From: Cyanophora paradoxa CCMP329
Lineage: Eukaryota > Plantae > Glaucophyta
Assembly: GCA_004431415.1 (NCBI GenBank)
Contig: QPMI01000091.1
Coordinates: forward strand, 22,872-86,871
Length of the DNA stretch: 64,000 nt
Direction of reading: 5' to 3'
This document shows, piece by piece, positions 41,441 through 50,414 of this stretch. Position numbers and translations under genes: made by a program. A model generated the notes under the pieces. That model saw only the letters and a program-made list of their open reading frames with translations, was not told where the DNA came from and did not search any database. Position 1 is the stretch's first letter, and each line of letters opens with the position of its first letter.

Positions 41441-42028
41441 TTCTTTGTTCACTCTATTAATATATACCTACAAAAGTTTTCTTTAAATACTTTTATACTC
41501 GCGTCAAATTTTACCGGCAAAACCAAAAGTCTCCAACAAATATATTTAGTCGAGGGCATTTATAAAAATAACGAAGGGTTGGCTCGATCATCGAACTCTA
41601 AAAATAACAGAATGATTTTATTTGTGGTTCCAGCGCGGTTCCCACGGGTTTCTCAGAGCAGATCGCGCTGAGAAAAACGATTAACAGAGATATTTCGATT
41701 TGCGACCACGGTTAGAATACGGGACACCATAGAGATACTTCACAAAGCAGACTGCATTGGAAGCATAGAGACGCTGGGAACTCTCAACGATTCTCATGGC
41801 TCTGTAACACTCATCAGTATGGTATAAATCACGCATTTGCTTTGCGAATTTCGCATTATACTTTTTTAAATATTCCTGACCTTTTTCACTTTTACGATAA
41901 CGATAAGTAGCACGCTTCTGAGCCTCACTGATTGGCATTTTGTCTTTTTCTACTCTCTTAATATATGTTAAGAAATCTTTAAGTAGTTTTTCTGTCTGTA
42001 TATAGCGAATAAACTCCTGTCAAATTTT
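41440..42028 (-). promoter_or_regulatory. Two copies of a shared putative viral promoter (AAAATTTGA ... YTTAAAG ... ATATATTAA.AGAGT ... ATG)
   Basis: Upstream of the ATGs at 41440 and 41938; TCAAATTTT on + strand at 41504-41512 and 42020-42028; a related third copy at 47271-47279. Confidence 0.65.
41681..41938 (-). CDS. Small basic viral protein (85 aa), possible DNA-binding protein
   Basis: Intact ORF starting MPISEAQKRATYRYRK; shares its upstream motif with the polymerase gene. Confidence 0.7.
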   Translation of the reverse strand: MPISEAQKRATYRYRKSEKGQEYLKKYNAKFAKQMRDLYHTDECYRAMRIVESSQRLYASNAVCFVKYLYGVPYSNRGRKSKYLC

Positions 42029-42082
42029 GGTCCCGATTGCAGAGCATCCAGTACGAAAGAAGATGCTGGAAAAATGATAAAG

Positions 42083-42141
42083 CTACCGATACCCAGAAGG
42101 TTCACTTGTCGGCTGCAAGTTTCTACCACTGAACCCGGTAG
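42083..42141 (-). ncRNA. Candidate tRNA-like structured RNA (mini-cloverleaf) in a viral intergenic region
   Basis: CTACCG/CGGTAG closing stem, GGTTCAGTGGTAGAA D-arm, ACTTG-cagccga-CAAGT arm, ACC-TTCTG-GGT arm, T-run shortly downstream. Confidence 0.35.
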
Positions 42142-42287
42142 AACAGGTGATTAAAGTGATTTACCTATGGATATTTCACTTCGCTCTACAACGCCTCCAT
42201 AAAAATGAAGAAGTTTTGAGCCTACGGGATAGGATTGGTTACGTAGCGCTAACAATGTTCAAGATTTTTTAAATTCGGAAATGATCC

Positions 42288-43048
42288 TTAACGGCGATAT
42301 CCAGGTCTGATCCCGAGCTTGGCAAACCCTGAGACCATTGGAGCAGCATTTGGAATCGAGTTGACTGGATCAGCCTGCGAAGTGGCAACCCGAAGGATCG
42401 ATTTATTGAGGACCGGCAAATCCGTTTTGTTGGAGTCTTGGTAATCGATTGTCTTTGCAATCAATTCGGTTGGTGATTCTTTTACAACTTGAACAGGTTC
42501 AGGGATGACTTCATGGGTTACTTCTGGTTTCTTCTCAACCTTCTCCTTTGTGATTGGCTGTTCCTTGATCTTGTTTTCGTTTTTGGTCTCTGCTGCAATG
42601 CCATCAACAAGACTTTTAGCATACTGATATGTCACAGATTTCAGTCCGCCAGTGGTTGAACGAATAAAGTAGCGGTTGCGATGGTCTTTCTCGGAATAGG
42701 TTGAGTAGAGCCTCTCGCCACCATCAAGCAGTTTCAGCAGTGTCGATGATGAGGCAACCTTATCCTTTGTGGATGATTTGAACTGCCCTTTCTTGATTCC
42801 TCGTTTGGCTCCGGGCATGCGGTTCAATGGGACTTGGTCAACCAGGGCATTATCATCGTTGCTGTTTTTCGTAGTGGCTTGGGTGAATTGGTTTCGTTCT
42901 TTATGGACTTCTTTATCGAGGTCACCAGTTCCGTATGCAGCGATTCCCTTCGATTTCTTATACCAGTTCCTTCCAGTCTCACCATTGCCAACATCCGCTT
43001 CAGCGGCTGGTTTGGACAAGAAATTCTTGGCTGAGTCTTGCGAGCCAT
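42288..43048 (-). CDS. Lys-rich viral protein of unknown function (~250 aa; probable frameshift just after the ATG at 43048)
   Basis: 243-aa ORF 42288..43019 with no nearby in-frame ATG; the ATG at 43048 is in an adjacent frame; lies downstream of the penton gene. Confidence 0.7.
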
Positions 43049-43084
43049 TTGTAATATCGAGACAAATTTATTCTACAGTATTTC

Positions 43085-43971
43085 CTATGACCGTGAGAAC
43101 GGCAGGTAGAGTCCCTCCAACTCTTTTATGACATTCTTCAATGCTTTCTTCGTCAGATCTTTATCATCTTCAGTAATCAGTTCAAGAGTCATCGACCAGT
43201 CGGTAGTAATGTCTGCTGTGGCTCCGTTCCAGTAAGAAAGTCTCACATCTAGAGTCTCAACCTCAACCAAGCCATTCTGCTCGTGAACGATCATGGAATT
43301 ATTCGATGAATCATATTTTAATAGACTGCCAACCGTTTGGTCAATCTCAATTTTTGCAATAGCATTGTTATCTCGTTTGTTATTGCTCACATATCTTCCT
43401 TTCAGTGGATCAACATGAAGAAGCAAATAGGAATTAAATAGGAGATCTAATGGCATTTCACTATCAATGTAGTGAGCATAAGTAAAGGCTCCAACTGTGA
43501 CATTAGATGATAGAGGACTCGATTGATAAAGTGTGTTTGCATTTTCAAAACCGCAGAAATTGGCTAAGAGTTGAGTGTTCATAGTGATTGAGAATGGAAC
43601 CTCGCACATAAACCTTAGAAGCAATGTTGTGGATCATAGGTTACATAGAAATGGCGAGTGTAAGTTCCGCCACCCGCTTGATTATAGGGCTGGGATCCAA
43701 TGCGAGCGATCAGATAATTCACCAGTGAATCGGGTGTATATGCACCTCGGAGGACTTCGTTGTTTCTATTCTTTGGGTTCCCAGCATTATCGAGTGTTTG
43801 AGTGGTGAGGGTTCCTACTTCAGAGAGGTTGTAAAGATTGTGAAACATCTCAAAGTTCGTTACTCGACAGGCTCTGACCTTTTGGATCGCATAAGGGAGT
43901 CTGTATGTGAAATTAGTTGGGGTTCCATCCGATCGGTCCCTGGAATCAATATTGAGATAGTAACGCGTCAT
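43085..43971 (-). CDS. Minor capsid protein (penton); one frameshift near 43620
   Basis: N-terminal YLNIDSRDRS..PTNFTYRLP and C-terminal LDVRLSYWNG..DITTDWSMTLEL, typical of PLV/NCLDV pentons; divergent from the major capsid gene. Confidence 0.85.
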
Positions 43972-44023
43972 TCTGTTTAATAAAGCATTTTAAAAATTTC
44001 TTTTGGTATTTTAAACATAAGAG

Positions 44024-45250
44024 ATGGCACTCACTGGAACTACCCTTAAGGAATTACTCGTAACTCCCGGTTCCGATCAAATTTATCTGTCCCCTGGTCT
44101 CCAGATTGGAACCAACCCCAAATACAAACCATTCCTCGAGCAAGTTCGTCCCCGAGGCAATACTTTTGGCTTTAAGAATACCGCTTACTTTGATCTACCT
44201 CGCAAGCAACTCCTTGCTGGTGTTTCGCTCTATTTCAAGATTGCCACTGGTGGTGGTGTAGCCTGCACCCTCCCCAATGGTGGTTCTTCCTATATTAATG
44301 AGGTCCGCTTCGTTCATGGTGGTTTCAAGTATATCATCCCTGGTGACTGGATCACTGTAAACGCCCTGATCGATAATGATCACGCTACCATGGGCAGTAT
44401 GTTTGCTTCTCTCGGTTACTTCAAAGAACTTGATCGTGAAAGCACAGATGAGGCTATGGAATACATTGTTAAAATCCCCGCTGCTTTCTGGGATGATGCT
44501 TACTTCCCACTATGCACACTGGCGGATATGCCAACAATTGAGGTGGATTTCCGTGATGCTGCAATTGTCCAGGTTCCCGCCGGTGGATCTGTTACCTTTG
44601 CGGATTGCTCTCTGATCTGCCAATTCGTTAACATCGCTTCGGCTGAGGCTGAGACACTCTTGAAGATGGCGAACGAACAAGGTGGCATTCGCATTCCGAT
44701 CACAGAGGTCATCCACAAGAAGACCCGAGCGCTCAAAACCGCTGATGCTGGTGAATCGGTTGAGGTGACACTCGCTAATGTTTCCGGTCTGGTTCATTCG
44801 ATTCTTATGACTGTTCGAGAGGTGAACAAACTGAACACCTACACTCATTCTGATTTCTGTGGTCATGTTTCGGATGTTAAGATTGATCAGTTCCAGATCT
44901 TCCACAACAATCGCTCCCTCGATATCTCCAACAAACCCATTTCCGGTTTCCTCTCGGCAATGAATCACATTCCATCCCATTATAAGGGCGTTTCAGTTGG
45001 CAATACCACCTATGGATTCGAGTCTGGAAATGTTTACGGAATTGTTCTATCCAAATCCGGAAAGGATTCACTCCACAACTCGGTTATGGGTTACCAGGAT
45101 TTCTTCAACAGCAGTTCGAGTTACATGGATCTCACTGTTTCCGGATGCACTGATGCCGCTCCTGTTCAGGTTGATATCTATGCCCTCCGACACAATGTTA
45201 TGGTACTCAATGGCTACAACATCTCTACCCTGAAAGTCTCGAACTTCTAA
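44024..45250 (+). CDS. Major capsid protein (double jelly-roll)
   Basis: Intact 408-aa beta-rich ORF with F.LPR..L....LYF, INEVRF..GG, IPAAFW...FPL..L...IEVDF; lies between penton and ATPase genes. Confidence 0.85.
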   Translation: MALTGTTLKELLVTPGSDQIYLSPGLQIGTNPKYKPFLEQVRPRGNTFGFKNTAYFDLPRKQLLAGVSLYFKIATGGGVACTLPNGGSSYINEVRFVHGGFKYIIPGDWITVNALIDNDHATMGSMFASLGYFKELDRESTDEAMEYIVKIPAAFWDDAYFPLCTLADMPTIEVDFRDAAIVQVPAGGSVTFADCSLICQFVNIASAEAETLLKMANEQGGIRIPITEVIHKKTRALKTADAGESVEVTLANVSGLVHSILMTVREVNKLNTYTHSDFCGHVSDVKIDQFQIFHNNRSLDISNKPISGFLSAMNHIPSHYKGVSVGNTTYGFESGNVYGIVLSKSGKDSLHNSVMGYQDFFNSSSSYMDLTVSGCTDAAPVQVDIYALRHNVMVLNGYNISTLKVSNF

Positions 45251-45305
45251 GCGCGGTTTCGCCCGCGCGCAACGACCGAAGGAAGTAGATTCTTTTCTTC
45301 CGTTA
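45251..45305 (+). terminator. Hairpin(s) immediately after the capsid stop codon
   Basis: GCGCGG-tttcgc-CCGCGC directly after TAA, followed by GGAAG...CTTCC. Confidence 0.4.
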
Positions 45306-45367
45306 GAGTAGGAAGCGCAATTATTTGCAGGTGTGTACTTTATTTTGTTTTTTATCTTATTACTGTA

Positions 45368-46126
45368 ATGGATAACACAGTAAATCTTGATGATATTCCG
45401 GAGTTCGATCCAAGTAAGACAGTTCGAATCCCGACGAGAATTTTGAATGTTGGTCGCTCCAATACAGGTAAGACAATGTTCACAAAATACTTACTTTACG
45501 AGCTTCGTGACAAGATCGATCAGATCGTTATATTTAGTTCAACAGCTTTTACTGGGCAATTTAATGACATCACCCATCCCGAAAACATCTATGAGGAGTG
45601 GGATGATAACATTGTTTTGAGATTGATCAGTATGCAAAAGAAACGAATCGAGAACAATGAGAAACGCAATAATCTAGTAATTATACTTGATGATATGATA
45701 GGTTCAAATTTGGATATGCATAATTCGGCTGTTTTATCTAAATTGGTCACGAGTGGAAGACATTATGCAATTTCTGTAATATTTAATGTTCAGCGTTTAT
45801 GTTCGATTTCAACTACGATTCGTAGAAATGTTGAGTTTGTAGTATTTTTCAATATACTCGGAAATGAGAAAGAGTTTAATTGCGCTTTTGATGAGTACAA
45901 TGGTGGAATGGATAAAAAGACCTACAAGGAATTGCATCGGTTGTGGGGTTATAATTACCAAACTGTCATAGCTAGCCTGCAAGGTTACGATATCAAGACC
46001 TATACTGATCGAGCAGTACTAACAGATGATGATATAAAGGGTTTTAAGAAGTTTGTGAAGAGAAAAGCAATTAAAAGGGGTCAGATGGCTCGGATTCAGC
46101 GAGAAATGACCACAATCAGTGTTTGA
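45368..46126 (+). CDS. A32/FtsK-like genome packaging ATPase
   Basis: Walker A GRSNTGKT, Walker B LVIILDD, and GRHYAISVIFNVQ...IRRN A32 signature. Confidence 0.95.
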   Translation: MDNTVNLDDIPEFDPSKTVRIPTRILNVGRSNTGKTMFTKYLLYELRDKIDQIVIFSSTAFTGQFNDITHPENIYEEWDDNIVLRLISMQKKRIENNEKRNNLVIILDDMIGSNLDMHNSAVLSKLVTSGRHYAISVIFNVQRLCSISTTIRRNVEFVVFFNILGNEKEFNCAFDEYNGGMDKKTYKELHRLWGYNYQTVIASLQGYDIKTYTDRAVLTDDDIKGFKKFVKRKAIKRGQMARIQREMTTISV

Positions 46127-46370
46127 AAAGTCGATTTCTGAAGAATATTGTATGGTAAGGTAGCTTGAAATACTAAGGAGATAGCATAGTTGCGAAGAGC
46201 TTAAACAGCGCTTCAAACCGATATGCAGAACGTTGCGAGATCATAATCTGGTGATGAGATACAAGCGTTTGAAGATGCCGATAATCGATTTACCGAAACT
46301 TCGGTGAAACGTGAGCGAAACTTGAACCGTGAGATCATATACCCTACTATGGTTTATTCCCCGGGTTTTC

Positions 46371-46454
46371 ATGGCGCATTTAATGGCGCATTTAATGGCG
46401 CATTTAATGGCGCATTTTATGGCGCATTTTATGGCGCATTTTATGGCGCATTTG
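46371..46454. repeat. Seven-copy 12-bp tandem array ATGGCGCATTT(A/T/G)
   Basis: 3 x ATGGCGCATTTA, 3 x ATGGCGCATTTT, 1 x ATGGCGCATTTG. Confidence 0.95.
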
Positions 46455-46516
46455 ATGAAAAGTCCCTACTCTGTGGCATGAACCAATCAGAAGCCAGCAA
46501 ATTTAAAATTAATATA

Positions 46517-46624
46517 TGAGGTATTATCTGAGATATAATCTGAGGTATTATCTGAGATATAATCTGAGGTATTATCTGAGGTATTATCTGATCGAGATGT
46601 TATCTGAGATGTGATCTGTGATGT
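46517..46624. repeat. Second 12-bp tandem array TGAGGTATTATC/TGAGATATAATC
   Basis: Six clean units at 46517-46588, then degenerate units. Confidence 0.9.
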
Positions 46625-47037
46625 AAACCTGGGGAGAAGTTGAAGGGGATACATTGAAAGTCAGTGAGCCAATCAGATTGCGTCACACATATATACATAT
46701 ACATCATGACAATATACACATCGCCGTGATCGTCATAATCTCCCGAGTCACGTGGTATGTCATATATATCATATACATATACATCGTCATCATGACGTCA
46801 TATATATATATCACATATACACAAATCGATATGTCATAGCTATGACCATAAATCGATTTTCTATGATATATATCGTATATACTATATTGATATAGTGACG
46901 TATATACGATTAAAAAGCAATTACAATTCTATTGTTTTTATTGTCTTTTCTATCGTTGTTTCTAGTGTAAAAAATACAGTAAAAAACCGTTCAAAAAATA
47001 CAGTAAAAAATAAGAGGTTTTAAATTGTTACTGAGGC

Positions 47038-47223
47038 TTACTGAGATTTTACGTTTTGTTTTGTGTGGTTACTGTGAATGGTTTGTTTTTTATTTGTTAC
47101 TGGCTTGTGTTTCTCACAATAAACTTGATACATTTCCCTCTCATCATTAAAGAAATCATGGACTTCCCATACTGTGTGACATCCACATTCCTTAACATCT
47201 CTTTGGCGCTTTTCCCAAGCCAT
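47038..47223 (-). CDS. Small (61 aa) viral protein with CxCH...CxxH putative Zn ligands
   Basis: MAWEKRQRDVKECGCHTVW...YCEKHKP...KSQ*; preceded by the AAAATTTGA/CTTAAA/ATATA motif. Confidence 0.6.
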   Translation of the reverse strand: MAWEKRQRDVKECGCHTVWEVHDFFNDEREMYQVYCEKHKPVTNKKQTIHSNHTKQNVKSQ

Positions 47224-47285
47224 TGGTATATGTTTGTGTTTAATAACTTTTAAGCATGTTAAAAAAGCAATCAAATTTTTGTAAT

Positions 47286-49555
47286 TCATGGGAGACACGG
47301 CGGATAAAAAGGATATAACTTCGATTAAATATAATTAATCGAGATTATGATATAACTTCGATAAATAAGATTTAAGATATAACCACGGAGCACGCCGGGA
47401 GCGTAGAGTAGGGCGCGCGGGATAGCGGCGACCGGTGGGCCCCCGCAGAGACTCCGCAGCGTGTCCGAAAACCTCCCCAAGCCGCCACGCCTCCCAGGGA
47501 GCAAGCGTATCGGTTCTCGCATTCCGCGCGCCAGCAGTCGCTGCCGGCCTTCAGCCCTAGTCGCAGGTAGCTCAGTGTGCGATCGAACAGCCGTCCAGCC
47601 GGCCCCGCTCGCCCGATCGGGAGCGCGGCCCGATCGGGAGCGCGGCCCTCGCGTACGCGAACTGGGCAAGGGTCGCCAACCGCGGCCACCAGGACGCTAT
47701 CCCCTCGCTCTTAACTGCTCTTCATAGGCACCGATGCTCTGCGCTCCGTCGATCACGGGCTCGGGCTCACGCTTTCCACTCGGCAGCTTCGTGCACGCGG
47801 GCGCGCGCAGGCGTACGCGAGGGCGATCATCGACACCGGGCTTCGATACCGCCAGGGAGCCGCCTGCGCTGCCCCCGCGCGCTGCCCCACCGCCCCGTGG
47901 CACAGCCGCCCTGTCCGCACTAGCTATAGCACTTCAGCCAGATCTAGCGACCGCGGCGCCGGCCGCCGCTTAGAGACTGGAGACGTCGCTTAGGCCCTCA
48001 GCGCGCAGCCGAGTACGCCCTCATAGCTGCACGACTGCATCGATATCGTTACTTTTAAGCCATGAATACCGCTCGCCGTCCCATGTCTGCGCATGCGACG
48101 ACGTGGCCTGCCCCGACGGCGCTCGGCCTGCCCTCGCGGGGCGCTGTGCAAATGCCGTCCCGGGCGGCCCGTCGAGCGGCCAGGAAGAGACATGGCGCCT
48201 TTTAGTTTTGCTGCACTGGCAGCGTGCCTGCGCCACCGTTTCTCGCTTTTCCGCCGGCGCCGGGCCGCCATGGCGCGCGCGCGCCTCACTCTCCGCGCCC
48301 CAGGCCTCAGGTTCTTGCTCCATTGATCCACCCCCGCCCCCGCCCCGCCCCCGCCCCCGGCCCCTGTCGCCCGGCCCTCCCTGCCAGGCGGCGACCCGGG
48401 CTCTGGTCCACCTCCTCTCGGGCCCTGCGAATGCGGCGACCCCCCCCCCCTCCCCGGCATGTCCGTGGCCACGGCCGCGGCCCCCGCCCTCCTGACCCTC
48501 CCGATCCCCGCGCCCGCGGTGTGCGGCAGCGCGACCCGTGGCCGCGCCGGCGGCGGCCACGGGGTGGGCCTCCCACCTTGACGACGGCGAACACTAGCAG
48601 AGACGGCCCCTGCGGCCGGGCGTCCTCATTTCCTTTTTGTATTCGGGCCTTCCCCTCCCTTCCTCCGTTCCGTTCCGTTCCTCAGCTAGCTATAGCGCCG
48701 CTAGCAGTACCTATTATGTAGAGCCCCATCGAAGTTTTAGATGAGCACGTCGACTACAAACTCATGTACATAGCCGTAGGGACCAGCCAGTGCTTATTTT
48801 CGGTCGATGTCCCACCTCGCCTCAACGACCACTAGTCTTTCCAGACGCCGCTCTAGCATTCCGGAGACGAGCACCTGGCGCCCGTTAGGGGCGTCAGCTC
48901 TACGTATACTCGCCGCGTGGCGGACTAGGCTCGCGGGGCGGCCCCTGGCTGCCCTGACGCACCAGCCCTCTAGAGGGCGTCCCATGCCCCGACGGGTCCG
49001 GTCCGGCACGCTCTTGTATATGCATACCTCGTAGATCTCCGACATCGCCTCAGTTCATGATCATGATCATCCGTGCAATCGGTTTTCCACATCGGCTTCT
49101 AGCACTACCACTTGTACATATACCTCTTCATAGTGGCCCCGCGCCCCCGCTGTCCGGGGCGGGCGCCAGTAGAGTAGCACGCCTCGGTCACGTAGATAGA
49201 GGTGTGCTTGAATAACGCAAACGACCCCGGCGGGGTCCCCTCCTGGAACTTCGATTAATTCGATTTTTGTTACTGAGGCTTACTGAGATTTAGTGAGATT
49301 TGGAATTGGGTTACTGTGAATGGTTTGTTTTTCTTGGGAATTGTTTTGGAGACACGGCGCATAAAAAAGATATAACTTCGATAAGATATAATTAATCGAG
49401 ATTATGATATAACTTCGATTAATTCAATTTTGGTTACTGAGGCTTACTGAGATTTACTGATATTCAAGATTGGGTTACTGGGAATGGTTTGTTTTCTGAT
49501 TTGTTTTTGATTTTTTCGCGGGTATTTTTTTGGAGACACGGCGCAGTGCTGAGCT
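47286..49555 (-). repeat. Right terminal inverted repeat, split by a nested insertion (47286-47382 and 49249-49555)
   Basis: 97 + 307 = 404 bp, matching the left TIR by eye. Confidence 0.95.
47383..49246. mobile_element. Nested GC-rich non-autonomous insertion (1864 bp) in the right TIR
   Basis: Absent from the left TIR; flanked by a duplicated AA (or AAC); ends CCACGGAG...CTCCTGG; subterminal hairpin GACCCC-ggc-GGGGTC; no recognisable transposase. Confidence 0.88.
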
Positions 49556-49771
49556 TCCACGTGCACGCAGAACAACGGCTGCAGCTGCGCTACGAGGCTA
49601 TACAGTATGTGTACATGTGTGTACAGCCGTAACCTGCTATCCTTGCCCATTCAGAGCCTGGTTCATACTATGAGACTATGGCAGACTAGACTAGTTTTGA
49701 TTTACACTAATAACACGCAGTAGCCTCGCCCCCCTCCCCTACCGTCGTACCCCCTTTCCATCTGCTCTGTG

Positions 49772-50382
49772 CTATTCTGGACCTGTGCTGTTCGAAGCTT
49801 CGTGTGCCGAACTTTGCCCGTCGCGCCCCTCGGCGAGGGCGTCGTCCTGCACCAGCGGCTGCTGCTGCTGCTGCTGCGGGGCCCCCGCGGACGCCTCCGC
49901 CGCCACCCGCGCCCGCGTCCGCTTCCGCGAGCCGGCGACCTTCCCCTCCCAGGTCGCGGGGCCGCCGGCGGCGTCGGGGGGAAAGGCCTGCGGGGCGGGG
50001 CTGGGGCGGGGCGGCGGGCGGGGCGGGCTCGGGAGGCCGAGGGCGCGGGCGGCCTGGAGGGGCCCGAGGTCGGCGACGAGGGCGGGGTCGGCCCCCGCGG
50101 CGAGGAGGCCCTCCACCGCCCGCCCCTCCTCGAACGCCAGCACCTCCTCCTCCGTCGCCGCCCCCGCCGCCCGCCACAGCGCCGTCTCCACCGCGCGCCG
50201 CCACCGCTCCCGCGCGGCGCAGTGGCGCTGGAAGGAGGGCGGCCCCTCGAAGCGCGCCAGCTCCTGCTGCCGCCTCCGGTTCCGCTCCGGCACCGCCATC
50301 GCCACCGCCACCGGCACCGGCACCGGCGACGGCAGCTCCGGCGGCGGGGGCGGGCCTCGGCCTCGTCCTCGGCCTCGGGCGG

Positions 50383-50414
<32 letters not shown>

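Larger units (their letters stand above)
35895..49555. mobile_element. Complete endogenous Polinton-like virus / Maverick-type DNA virus
   Basis: Abrupt AT-rich island; 6-bp TSD TCCACG at 35889-35894 and 49556-49561; AG...CT termini; 404-bp TIRs; intronless integrase, PolB, capsid and ATPase genes. Confidence 0.96.

Noticed and set aside
46304-46519. 71-aa ORF with GAF(N/Y) repeats
   Set aside because: Explained by translation through the 12-bp DNA array; GTG start and no other coding signal
47325-49045. ORFs in the nested insertion as a transposase
   Set aside because: No DDE, HUH/Rep, helicase or RT motifs recognisable
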